A stretch of 64,000 bases of DNA from Myxococcota bacterium (GCA_965247115.1 CBDFGR010000003.1:2208001-2272000), one strand, 5' to 3'; positions 37,982-47,841 are shown, counted from the stretch's first letter. The notes: generated from the sequence alone by a model not told the origin. A program made the numbers and translations.

Positions 37982-39166
37982 ATGGACGAGTACACGATCA
38001 TCGATGTCGACACCCACGTCACCGAGACGCCAGAGGTCTGGACGAGTCGAGTTCCGGAGCGCTTCAGGAATCGCGTGCCGTACGTGGACGTCGACAAGCG
38101 CGGACGTCAGTGCTGGTACCTCGAGGGAACGCGTATCGCCCTGGTCGGGATCACGGCGACGGCTGGTGTCGGCGACATGATATCGCGGCCCAAGACGTAC
38201 GAAGACATGCACCCGGGTGCGTACGACGCCGCCGAGCGCATCAAGTACATGGATCAGATGGGTATCTGGGCCATGGTCATGTATCCGAACGTGGCGGGGT
38301 TCGGAAACCAGCAGTTCCTGCGGCTCAAGGATCCGGAGCTGATGCTGGCGTGTGTCGAGGCGTACAACGACTGGCAGACCGACTGGGCTTCGGTCGATCC
38401 GCGGCGCTTGCTACCCGTGACCTCGACCCCGTTTTGGGACGTCGACGCCGCTGTCATCGAGGTGAAGCGCTGCGCCGAGAAGGGTCACCGGGGCATTCTG
38501 TTCACCGGCCAGCCGCAGTCGTTCGGGGAGCCCTTCCTCGGAGATCCGCACTGGGATCCCCTCTGGGAGGTCGCGGTGGACCTGGACCTGCCCGTGAGCT
38601 TTCACATCGGCTCGGGGAACATGGAAGATGCTCTGGGCGGCGGGCGGGCGAAGGTCTACGGCCGGATGGCGGCCTTCACGGTCGACTCCGTGGACATCTT
38701 CCTGCGCAATGGAAACCACGTGGCTGACCTGCTCATGTCGGGTGTTCTCGCGCGCTATCCCGACATCAAGTTCGTCTCGGTGGAGTCGGGCGTCGGCTGG
38801 ATTCCCTTCATGCTCGAGGCGATCGACTACCAGTTCCAGGGCAACCGCGTCGCCGAGAGCCGGCCCGACTTCGAGATGCTCCCGTCGGAGTACTTCCGCC
38901 GCAACGTCTACGCGTGCTACTGGTTCGAGGAGACCGCCCCCCGCAGGCTGCTCGACAAGGTCGGCGTCGACAACATCATTTTCGAGACGGACTTCCCGCA
39001 TCCAACCAGCCTCTACGGCGACGAGGTGCACGCGCGGATCGCCGCCGGGCTCTCTGACTGTGAGCCGGAGGTGCGCCACAAGATCCTGTGGGCGAACGGC
39101 GAGAGGCTCTACAAGGTCGAGCCCCCCACGGCAGCAGATCTGGAGAAGCTCGCAGCTTCGGCGTAG
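37982..39166 (+). CDS. amidohydrolase_2 family protein
   Basis: IDVDTH, AYNDW, FHIG, VESGVGWIP, FETDFPHP. Confidence 0.88.
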   Translation: MDEYTIIDVDTHVTETPEVWTSRVPERFRNRVPYVDVDKRGRQCWYLEGTRIALVGITATAGVGDMISRPKTYEDMHPGAYDAAERIKYMDQMGIWAMVMYPNVAGFGNQQFLRLKDPELMLACVEAYNDWQTDWASVDPRRLLPVTSTPFWDVDAAVIEVKRCAEKGHRGILFTGQPQSFGEPFLGDPHWDPLWEVAVDLDLPVSFHIGSGNMEDALGGGRAKVYGRMAAFTVDSVDIFLRNGNHVADLLMSGVLARYPDIKFVSVESGVGWIPFMLEAIDYQFQGNRVAESRPDFEMLPSEYFRRNVYACYWFEETAPRRLLDKVGVDNIIFETDFPHPTSLYGDEVHARIAAGLSDCEPEVRHKILWANGERLYKVEPPTAADLEKLAASA

Positions 39167-39184
39167 AGCGGAGGGGTCCCGCAA

Positions 39185-39277
39185 TGCAAGCGCCGCGGAA
39201 GCGGCGCGCGCAGCGAAGGCCCTTGGCCTGAGCGGAGGCGGGTGGCGCGCGACCGCTCGCGCGCCGGGTCCCGCAAG
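39185..39277 (-). repeat. repeat family A, copy 2 (plus collapsed partial copy 39166-39184)
   Basis: 93 bp, identical to 46578-46670 except one 3-nt loop (CTT vs GAA). Confidence 0.88.
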
Positions 39278-39295
39278 TCAGGTCCGGCGCTCAGC

Positions 39296-39700
39296 TCACC
39301 CAAGCAGCCCGAACGCAAGCCCCATCAGCGTGAAGCGGACCACGTGGTAGCCGCCGTTGATGAGGAAGAGCCGGAGCGAGCTGCGCTCGAACAGGTAGTT
39401 CGTGCCGATCGAGAAGGCGACCCAGAAGAGGCCAGCGCTGAAGCCAAAGCCCATGGCGAAGAGCGCAGAGTGCTGGCCGAGCAGCGCGAGGAAGATCCCG
39501 AAGACGAACGCCGAGAGGGCCGCCAGCAGCGCGCTCGTCCCATACGTTTTCACGGGGTCGAAGTCCCGCGAGAGATCCTCCTCCGTAAAGTCGTGCTCGG
39601 CCATCCAGGACTTGCCGAGCAGCGGCCCGTACCAGAGGGCGCCGAGGGCGAACGCAAGCACGGTGGCGACGAGTGTGGCAAGCCAGGAGATTTCGGGCAT
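39296..39700 (-). CDS. DUF1761 membrane protein
   Basis: LGALWYGPL.GK.W, NYLFE.....LFLINGGY; four hydrophobic segments. Confidence 0.8.
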   Translation of the reverse strand: MPEISWLATLVATVLAFALGALWYGPLLGKSWMAEHDFTEEDLSRDFDPVKTYGTSALLAALSAFVFGIFLALLGQHSALFAMGFGFSAGLFWVAFSIGTNYLFERSSLRLFLINGGYHVVRFTLMGLAFGLLG

Positions 39701-39837
39701 GGGTGAGCCTCCGCTGGAGCCGTGCCATCATGCGCGCTGGCTCGCAGCGAGATCAAGGAGGATCTCCGCTACCCGGCTAGCTGCTCCCTCTCCGGCTTCA
39801 GATCGGGGTCGTCGCCGCCGAACCAGTACGTCACTGG

Positions 39838-40749
39838 ATGGTCGGACTCCGCTCAGCGTGTCTTGCGCTCCTGCTGCTGGCGTACCCTGCTGCGCACGCG
39901 TGGTCGGCGGAGCCCGGGCTCAATCCCGCGTTCGCCGCGCGCGTGGCGAGGGCCCAGCAGGCAGAAGAGCAGGCGCGTCACGCGCTCGAGCGGGCACTCT
40001 CGATCCAGGCCCGCGCTGAGAGCGCCCAGAACGTTCGCGCGCTCCAGGTCGCGCGCCTCGCGATCCGTCGTGCGCAGGACGCGCTCGCCCAGGCGAGGGC
40101 CGTAAGGGCGGAGCGTGAGCGGCACCTGAAGGCAGCCCGCCGCGCTGCAGAGTCCCTGCCGGCGAATGCAGCGTCGAATCCGTTGAACGGGGCAGTGTTT
40201 GGACTCCCCACCAACGTGACGGGGGACGTGCGGATCAAGACCAAGCACGGCTGGAAGCCACTGAACGCCTCTACTCGATTCGGGCCCGGTGATGTCGTCG
40301 AGACGGGGGAGGACAGTCACGTGGAGTTCGTCACGCCGGATGGCTTCATCGTGCACATGGGCCCCAAGAGCTCTCTCCAGGCATCGGTGCCGCCCAGGCG
40401 ATCCCGCTGGGAGCGATTCAAGGGGCGGGTGCGCTTCACCGTGATGTGCGTGAAGAAGAAGGGGCTCGCGCGCGAGCTGACAGCTGGACGCCACCGGCCC
40501 ACCTGCATGCGACCGGCGGTCCTGCGTCTGTCCAGGGCGACGGCCGCGGTTCGGGGAACCGAGTTCGAGGTCGAGTCGATCGACGAGCGGGCTATACGCA
40601 TCCGCGTGACCGAGGGAACGGTCGAGCTCACGCTCGACGGTCATGAGGCGCCGATCGATGTACCGGCCGGGCACGAGGCCATCCTGCGCGACGACCACGT
40701 CGAGGGTCCGCAGCCCTTCGAGCAGGCCCAGGAAAGAGGGTCTGTTTGA
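39838..40749 (+). CDS. secreted FecR-domain protein
   Basis: Signal peptide, coiled coil, GDVVETGEDS..EF..PDG....GPKS, AAVRGTEFEV, V.EGTV. Confidence 0.75.
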   Translation: MVGLRSACLALLLLAYPAAHAWSAEPGLNPAFAARVARAQQAEEQARHALERALSIQARAESAQNVRALQVARLAIRRAQDALAQARAVRAERERHLKAARRAAESLPANAASNPLNGAVFGLPTNVTGDVRIKTKHGWKPLNASTRFGPGDVVETGEDSHVEFVTPDGFIVHMGPKSSLQASVPPRRSRWERFKGRVRFTVMCVKKKGLARELTAGRHRPTCMRPAVLRLSRATAAVRGTEFEVESIDERAIRIRVTEGTVELTLDGHEAPIDVPAGHEAILRDDHVEGPQPFEQAQERGSV

Positions 40750-42089
40750 CCCGACTGCGCAGGTCCGGCCCCGTCGGCCTGTGTGTGCTGGCGCTCGCGC
40801 TGGCCAGTCCGGCCACGGCCGATCCCCCCGATCCGCGATACGACCCCGACGGCTACGCCGAATGGTGCGGTAGGCAAAACAACGGGACCGTCTACAACGA
40901 TGCGAACGGGTATGGCTGCACGCCCGGCTCCGGCTCGTCGTTCACACCGACGTACGGGGGCGACCCGTACCAGGCCATGATGAACGCGGTCTTCCAGCCG
41001 ATCGGGAACGCGCTCGCGCAGCACATGCAATGCGCACTGGACCCGAACTGTGGCGTCGATCACGAGGCGGCCCAGCGTGCGGCGCAGCAGCGCCAGGCGG
41101 TCCGCGAGCACAGCGAGGGGATGGCGCGTGCGCGACAGGAGAAGATCCGCGCGAGACGCGAGAACGAAGCCGAGAAACGCCGCCAGCTGGGGCTGGCGAG
41201 GCAACGCATTCTGGGCGAGATGGGGAACCTGCCGGGCGAGTTCGGCGCCGGGAGTGGACTGCCAGAGCTTCGCGTGGAGCCAAAACAGGGGGCGTTTGGT
41301 GACGAGATCCTCACGTCTCCCGACCTGATGAAGCTGGCCCGCGCCGACGCGCGGGGGCGCGCGACTCCGACGACGGAAGCGGGGCGAGCACGCTGTGCCG
41401 CTCACCTGCTCGTGCAGGCGAACCGCTCGGCGGCCGCCGCGTCCGCGTCCGGCGAGTCCGAGCTTATCTCGGGCCGCCTTGAAGAGGCCCGCTACTTGAG
41501 CGAGCAGGCTGGGCTTCTGATGGGTGGCGGAGCCAGCGGAGCGTCAGGGGTGGACTGTCCCGCGAAGATCGCCGAGGTGCCAGACGTGATGGGCGCTCCG
41601 ATAGAGGAGAGCGCCATTCGGGCCAAGCAGGCCGAGCGCCTCCTGCAGAATACGCGCGCCTACACACAGCTGTTTACGCGAGCGAGGGAGCAGGTTGATG
41701 ACTACCACGCGGCGCGGTCCCAATTGACCGAGGCCGAGACCGCGATCGATCAGGCGAAGCAGCGCGCCGACGAGGCGAAGCTCGAGGTCGAGCGCTTGAA
41801 GCAGGAGCCGGCGCCTCCAGCCAATCTCACTGACGAGCCCGCGCCGGCAGAGCTCGACGCAGCAGACGACGCGCTGCTGGCTGAGGCTCTCGCCGCACTC
41901 GAGGAGAGCGAGAAGGCACTCGGGGACGCGGAGCTCCTGCGAGACGAGCAGCAGAAGAACATCCGCGAGCTCGAGGAGGGCATCGGAGCCACCGGCGAGA
42001 TGATCCAGGATCTGCAGGAGAACCCGGACCACGCCGAAGGTGTGCTGGCGAAGCTCGAGGAGCCAGGCGCAGCGAAGGAGAGCCCATGA
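40746..42089 (+). CDS. hypothetical secreted coiled-coil protein
   Basis: Signal peptide, Cys-pair N-terminal domain (WCGRQNNG..YGCTPG), long E/A/R-rich helices; 4-nt overlaps with both neighbours. Confidence 0.7.
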   Translation: MTRLRRSGPVGLCVLALALASPATADPPDPRYDPDGYAEWCGRQNNGTVYNDANGYGCTPGSGSSFTPTYGGDPYQAMMNAVFQPIGNALAQHMQCALDPNCGVDHEAAQRAAQQRQAVREHSEGMARARQEKIRARRENEAEKRRQLGLARQRILGEMGNLPGEFGAGSGLPELRVEPKQGAFGDEILTSPDLMKLARADARGRATPTTEAGRARCAAHLLVQANRSAAAASASGESELISGRLEEARYLSEQAGLLMGGGASGASGVDCPAKIAEVPDVMGAPIEESAIRAKQAERLLQNTRAYTQLFTRAREQVDDYHAARSQLTEAETAIDQAKQRADEAKLEVERLKQEPAPPANLTDEPAPAELDAADDALLAEALAALEESEKALGDAELLRDEQQKNIRELEEGIGATGEMIQDLQENPDHAEGVLAKLEEPGAAKESP

Positions 42090-44137
42090 CTAGATCCGTG
42101 AGTCCCCATCCCATCTGCGGTCTCGTAGCGCTCCTGAGCCTGGCACTGGCCGGCTGCGTGGCACAGGGAATCCATCACGAGTACTGCAGGGCGGAAGCCT
42201 GCAATTCGGTCATCGCCGGTAACCAGCGCAGCGTCGAGCGCGACCCCGAGAACGCCACGTCGTGGTACTTCCTGGGGGCCGGCTATGTGGGTCAGGAGCG
42301 CTGGGCCAAGGCTGCCGAGCCCTTCCAGCGCGTCCTTGCGAGTCCAACCGCCTCGACCGAGGAGCGCGCCGGAGCTCACTACTACACTGGGCTCCTGCTC
42401 CAGCGACGCCAGGCGTACGAGAAGGCGCTCGCTTCCTACGATCGAGCGATTGAGACCCTTCGTGGCTCGGACTGGGAGATCTGGAGCCAATACGGCAAGG
42501 GCAGGTGCTACTCGGAGATGGGTCAGCTACGCGAGGCGATCGCTGCGTACCGCAAGCACCTCGCATTCGAGACGACCCATCCTCAGCACATGCGGGAAGC
42601 GGATCGATATGAGCGCCTCGCCGTCAGCTATCGAGCGCTCGGTCGGCTGGAGGCGGCGCTGTCGGCGCTCGACGACTCCGTGAGGGTCGTCCCGGACTAC
42701 ATCCCGGCCCACCTTCTGCGCGCCTGGCTCCACCTCGAGGCGCGTGCCTATGAGCGTACGCTGCGGGACATCCGTGCGATCGGGATCGATCTGGCACACC
42801 CGGGCTGGTCCGGCTCCGCCCTGGCGGCTCTGGCCCTTGCCAAGCTGAATCTCGGCGCTCCGCGCGAAGAAGTGCACGAGCTGCTCGAGCAGGCCCGAGC
42901 GGTCAATCCCGACTACTCCTATGACGAACAGGTCGCCGCGGTGCACTACGCCCTCGGAGATCTCCAGCTGGCTCAGGATCGGCTGCCCGACCGCGGCTTC
43001 CTCGGCGTGTATACGCAGTCATCCACGTCTCCTGGACAGCTCGTGACCTTTGTCGTCCCCGCCGCGCCGGCAGAGACGGCCGGCTTGCAGGCTGGAGATC
43101 GGATCCTGGCCGTGAACGGGCGATCGATCGAGAGCTCCGAGGAGCTCGTCGAGCTCACTGGACCGAACGCGCCAGGAACGCGGATCGAGCTCTCGCTCGA
43201 ACGGGGGGATCAGGCGCTGACCCGCAGAGTGGAGGTCGGGGAGCGGATGGAGCACACCGCGTACATCGCGCGAGCGCTGGCCAAGCGTCGGATGTCGGAT
43301 GAGGCCGAACGTCTGGTCGAAGAGGGGCTCCAACGCGCCGCGCTGAACCTCTATCTGGACAAAGTGAGTGAGCGGCCGCTGGACCCCGATGAGGTGCGCA
43401 GCGTGACTCGCCTGGCGCGCGACACCGTCCCGGCGCCAGCCGTCCCCAACCGCGCACGCCGGCACGCCGTTCGCGCGCGCACGCTCGTGGAGCAGGCCGT
43501 CAACAAGAAGGACTTCCTCCGCGCTGTGTCGGAGTACCAGCAGGCGCTGCGGATCGCACCGTGGTGGACCGAGGCTCGTTACTACTACGCGCTGGTTCAA
43601 GAGGAGGCCGGAGACCCAGCCGGCGCGATCGAGACGCTGCGCCTGGTATTGAGCGGAGGGCCGGACTCCGAGACGATCCAGGCCGTTCGCAACAAGATCT
43701 ACTCGCTCGAGATCAAGGCGGAGAAGCTGGCGGTCTTCCAGCGCTGGGAGGGAGACTGGACGACCGGAGACAGTCGCTACACCCTGACCGTGGAGGGCGA
43801 CCAGGCACGACTCGTCTGGGCCCAGCCGGGTCAGAACGCAGGGGAGGCGGGCTATGCCGCTGGCGAGTTGGATACCGAGGGCACGATCGATGGGAACTCG
43901 CTCACCGGCATGTCGTACTGGCGCACGTCGGACTCCGACACTTCGCGCTGCTTTGGAAACCCCTATCCGCTCAAGACGACCGCGGTACTGAGCGACGATG
44001 GCAGCCAGATCACCGAGACCATCTACAACAACACCTACACCATCGCGACCTGTGCGATCGTGAAGACCACGTCGAGTACCCTCGTGTTCACGCGCGTCCC
44101 GAGCCCGGACCTGCCCGCTTCAGCCGGATCGTACTAG
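42086..44137 (+). CDS. TPR- and PDZ-domain lipoprotein
   Basis: LALAGC lipobox, multiple TPRs, GFLGV...PAETAGLQAGDRILAVNG (PDZ), APWWTEARYY TPR, beta-rich C-terminal domain. Confidence 0.8.
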   Translation: MTRSVSPHPICGLVALLSLALAGCVAQGIHHEYCRAEACNSVIAGNQRSVERDPENATSWYFLGAGYVGQERWAKAAEPFQRVLASPTASTEERAGAHYYTGLLLQRRQAYEKALASYDRAIETLRGSDWEIWSQYGKGRCYSEMGQLREAIAAYRKHLAFETTHPQHMREADRYERLAVSYRALGRLEAALSALDDSVRVVPDYIPAHLLRAWLHLEARAYERTLRDIRAIGIDLAHPGWSGSALAALALAKLNLGAPREEVHELLEQARAVNPDYSYDEQVAAVHYALGDLQLAQDRLPDRGFLGVYTQSSTSPGQLVTFVVPAAPAETAGLQAGDRILAVNGRSIESSEELVELTGPNAPGTRIELSLERGDQALTRRVEVGERMEHTAYIARALAKRRMSDEAERLVEEGLQRAALNLYLDKVSERPLDPDEVRSVTRLARDTVPAPAVPNRARRHAVRARTLVEQAVNKKDFLRAVSEYQQALRIAPWWTEARYYYALVQEEAGDPAGAIETLRLVLSGGPDSETIQAVRNKIYSLEIKAEKLAVFQRWEGDWTTGDSRYTLTVEGDQARLVWAQPGQNAGEAGYAAGELDTEGTIDGNSLTGMSYWRTSDSDTSRCFGNPYPLKTTAVLSDDGSQITETIYNNTYTIATCAIVKTTSSTLVFTRVPSPDLPASAGSY

Positions 44138-44149
44138 AGCTGTCGCCCG

Positions 44150-46059
44150 TTACGGCAGGGCGAAGGCCACGATGTGGTCGCCGCCCTGCGTACCGGCGCG
44201 TTCGATGCCACCGGCCGCGATCACCACGAGCTGGCGGCCTTCTGACGGATACGTCATTGGCGTGGCCTGGCCGCCGGCCGGGAGTCGGCCCTTCCAGAGT
44301 TCTGCGCCGGTCTCGAGGTCGTACGCGCGCAGGTAGTTGTCGAACGAAGCGCCGATGAAAACGAGACCGGCCGCGGTGATCAGCGGGCCGCCAAGGTTCG
44401 GTAGGCCGAGCTCGAACGCCAGCGGGAGCGGCGTCATGTCGCGTGTCGTACCGAAGGGGCGCCGCCAGAGGATCTCTCCCCCGGCCAGGTCCACCGCCAT
44501 GATCTCCCCCCATGGTGGCTTGTGGCATGGGAGACCCAGCGGAGATGTGAATGTCTCGCGGCGCATGCCGAATGGCGTCCCGTGCTGGGGAGAGATCTCG
44601 ATCCCCGGCCCTGCCCGTCGCCGAGCCTCCGTCTCCTCGGTCGGGAACAGGGTCACGAGCCAGGCGAGGTCCATGACGTTGGCGACGGCGATCTGCCGTC
44701 CTGGGTCCACCGCGATCCCGCCCCAGTTGGAGCCGCCAGCGTTCCCGGGATACATGAGCGTGCCCTCGAGGCTTGGCGGGGCAAAGGGCCCGTCGTGGCG
44801 GAGCTCCTCGATGCGGCGCCGACACCACGCGCGATCGAAGGGCGTCAAGCCCCAGGCGTCCTCGGGTCCGATCCGCTGGCGGACGAGCGGCGGAGGCTTT
44901 GTGGGGAAGGGCTGTGTGGCCGCGAGGGTCTCCCCTGACACGCCACCCTGCGGCACCGGGCGTTCCTCGACGGGGAAGAGCGGGACGCCGGTCTCGCGGT
45001 GGAGCACAAAGAGGTGGCCCATCTTCGTGGTCTGCAGCACCGCTGGCACACGCGCGCCGTCGCGAACGAGCTCGGTCAGGGTCGGCTGCGCGGGCACGTC
45101 GTAGTCCCAGACGTCGTGGTGGACGGTCTGGAAGTGCCAGATCAGCTGCCCCGTTTCACCGCGCAGCGCCAGGACGGAGCTTGCGTACTCGTCGAGGCCG
45201 CGGCGATGACCGCCCCAGTAGTCCGGTGACGAGTTGCCCGTTGGTATGAAGAGCAGGTCGCGCTCCGCGTCGTAGGACATCGGCGCCCAGACGTTCGCCG
45301 TGCCGAGAAAGAAGCCCGCCTCGAAGCCGCGCCGCACGGGGTCAAAGGCCCAGCGCAGCTCCCCCGTGCGCGCGTCGAAGCCTCGCACGACGCCGCTCGG
45401 GGCCTCGGTCGTCTGGTTGTCGCTGATCGCGGTGCCGACGACGACCACATCCCCAGCGAGAACGGGTGCAGAGGTCACCTGGTACTCGCCCTTCCAGTGG
45501 ATCTCTCCCACGCCAACGCTGAGATCGACGCTGCCATGCTTTGCGAACTGCGGGCACGGGCGCCCGGTTGACGCATCCAGCGCGATGAGGCGCGCGTCGT
45601 TCGTGCCCGTGAAGATGCGAGCCTGGCAGTCGGCTTCCGTCTCGGCTGCTGGATCGCGCCAGAAGGTCACCCCTCGGCAGTTGAACTGATTCGCGTAGCG
45701 GCCGGCGAGATCGATCTCCGGGTCGAAGCTCCAGCGCTCGGTGCCCGTCGCGGGGTCGAGCGCGATGACGCGGTTGAGCGGCGTGCAGAAGTAGAGCGTG
45801 TCTTCGGCCAGGATCGGGGTGGCCTCGAAGGCGAAGTCGGATCGTGCGTCCCCACCCCGACCTCCTCGCCAGTCGCCGTGGCGGTAGGTCCAGGCCACCC
45901 CCAGGTCGGCCACGTTCTCGCGTGTGATCTCCGTCAGCGTCGAGTAGTGCTGTCCCCCGGCGTCCCCCCCGTAGTGCGGCCGCCGTCGTGCTCGCCCGCC
46001 ACGGCGAGTGAGGTAGAGGCGAGCAGCGCGGCCAACGCACGGACAGCAGCCGCGGTCAT
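44150..46059 (-). pseudogene. PQQ-dependent dehydrogenase (glucose/quinate family) with single-base frameshift near 45981
   Basis: FEATP, CRGV, HHDVWDYDVPAQP, GGSNWGG, PPWG, LPAGGQATP. Signal peptide MTAAAVRALAALL (ATG 46059) is in another frame; GGC-GG-CCG-CAC appears to lack the T of TGG (WPHYGG). Confidence 0.75.
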
Positions 46060-46487
46060 CGTGTCCCACCTGGGCTCCGGCAATCTTTTTGCCTGCGGGC
46101 TCTCGAGTTCGGCGGGTGCGCCTCGCGGTAGGCGGCGACGGTCGAGACCACATCCAGGTCGTCTACCTCCAGGTGGAAGGCCAGGGGGCTCGGCGGGAAC
46201 CCGACCTGGTAGGTGCCCCCGTCCGCCCTGCGCTCGAGGTGTCCGTGATCCACGAGCAGACGTCGCAGCGTCACGTGATCCGTCTCGATCGCCGGAGCCA
46301 CCCGGGCATTCCACGCACGGATACACTCGTTAATCTCCGGCTCCGTATACGTCCGACTGCTATCCAGCGTAAGCAGAATACTCTTCATCAGGATCTGCCG
46401 GTCGCGCCGCCTCCGCGGCAACGGCCGCTTCCGCCACCCCGCCCCGAGCCGGATCAGCTCCCCCGCAAACTCCTCGATACTAATCAC
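46056..46487 (-). CDS. DUF2087 domain protein
   Basis: LPRRRRDRQI, YTEPEIN..I, DHVTLRRLLVDHG.LER..DG..Y. Confidence 0.8.
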   Translation of the reverse strand: MISIEEFAGELIRLGAGWRKRPLPRRRRDRQILMKSILLTLDSSRTYTEPEINECIRAWNARVAPAIETDHVTLRRLLVDHGHLERRADGGTYQVGFPPSPLAFHLEVDDLDVVSTVAAYREAHPPNSRARRQKDCRSPGGTR

Positions 46488-46577
46488 CCCCCCAGACTAC
46501 AAACCCCCGGCTCTCCCATCGCGCAGCCAGCGCAGCCACCCCCATCGCGCAGCTACCCCCCACCCGTACAGCCACCC

Positions 46578-46670
46578 TGCAAGCGCCGCGGAAGCGGCGC
46601 GCGCAGCGAAGGCCGAAGGCCTGAGCGGAGGCGGGTGGCGCGCGACCGCTCGCGCGCCGGGTCCCGCAAG
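46578..46670 (-). repeat. repeat family A, copy 3
   Basis: Begins 1 nt after the ddl stop; same three hairpins. Confidence 0.88.
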
Positions 46671-46671
46671 A

Positions 46672-47772
46672 CTAGCTCTGGAAGCGCACCTCCAGCGCTC
46701 GCCGCTCCTGGTCGCGCTCCAGGGCGAGCTCGATCAGTCGATCGACCTGCTCGGACACGGCGATCCCCGAGTAATCCCAGAGCCTGGGAAACATGCTGCC
46801 ATCGGTGAAGCCAGGGTGGGTGTTGAGCTCGCCGATGTACACGCGCTCGCTGCTTCGCTCGACGAAGAAGTCCACGCGCGCCATCCCCCAACACTTGAGG
46901 GCACGAAACGCACGCAGCGCGAGCTCTCGCAGCTCCTCGCCCTTCTCCTCGGACAGGTCCGCGGGGATCAACAGCTGCGTCTGGTCGCTGGCGTACTTGG
47001 CCTCGTAGTCGTAGAACTCGCCGGTGTAGCGAATCTCGCCGAGCGCGGAGGCTTGCGGCGTGTGACCACCCAATACGGCGCATTCGATCTCTCGGGCGTC
47101 GATCGCGGGCTCGACGAGGACGTCGACGTCGTAGCGCGCTGCCTCCTTGATGCCCTGGTGCAGGTGGGCACGGCTACGCGCCTTCACGGTGCCGACCGAC
47201 GAGCCGCTGTTGGTGGGCTTGACGAATACCGGGTAGTCGAACTGGCGCTCCACCTCGTCGAGGAACGCCGCGTCACTGCCGAGCAGCTGGTGGATCTTCC
47301 CCTCGAGGCTCGGTACCACGGGAAGGCCGGCATCCCGCAGCACTGCCTTCGTCAGGGTCTTGTCCATGCACAGCGCGGTCGACTTGACGTCTGTACCCAC
47401 GTAGGGAACCCCGGCCAGCTCCAGTAGACCCTGCAGGCTGCCGTCCTCACCCGAGCGGCCGTGGATGATCGGAAAGATCACGTCGACGGGACCCTGCAGG
47501 GCCGAGTCGAGCTCCGACCCTCGCGACAGCTCCAGACCGTGGCGCAGCGAGGCGAAGCCGCGCACTGCCTTCGGGCTGCGGAACAGCGCCTCGGGCAAGA
47601 GCTCGAGCTCGGGCTCGGCGGCGAGCCAGTGTCCGTCCTGGTCGATGCCGATCAGGACCGGTGTGTAGCGAGCCGGATCCATCGCCTGGAGAACGGTCGT
47701 GGCCGAGGTGATGGACACCTCGTGCTCCGTCGACCGACCGCCGAACAGGATCCCCACGCGAAGCTTCGACAC
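46672..47772 (-). CDS. ddl: D-alanine--D-alanine ligase
   Basis: FGGRSTEHEVS, HGRSGEDGSLQG, GSSVG, FYDYEAKY, ARVDFF, ELNTHPGFT. Confidence 0.95.
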   Translation of the reverse strand: MSKLRVGILFGGRSTEHEVSITSATTVLQAMDPARYTPVLIGIDQDGHWLAAEPELELLPEALFRSPKAVRGFASLRHGLELSRGSELDSALQGPVDVIFPIIHGRSGEDGSLQGLLELAGVPYVGTDVKSTALCMDKTLTKAVLRDAGLPVVPSLEGKIHQLLGSDAAFLDEVERQFDYPVFVKPTNSGSSVGTVKARSRAHLHQGIKEAARYDVDVLVEPAIDAREIECAVLGGHTPQASALGEIRYTGEFYDYEAKYASDQTQLLIPADLSEEKGEELRELALRAFRALKCWGMARVDFFVERSSERVYIGELNTHPGFTDGSMFPRLWDYSGIAVSEQVDRLIELALERDQERRALEVRFQS

Positions 47773-47805
47773 CCCGCGAGAGTAGCAGGGCGCCTCGGGC
47801 TGTCA

Positions 47806-47835
47806 TTGACAGTGCGCGGCAGGCCTCCTTACCCT
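47806..47835 (+). promoter_or_regulatory. sigma70 promoter for larE (leaderless)
   Basis: TTGACA-N18-TACCCT, 6 nt before ATG 47842. Confidence 0.6.
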
Positions 47836-47841
47836 GCACGC

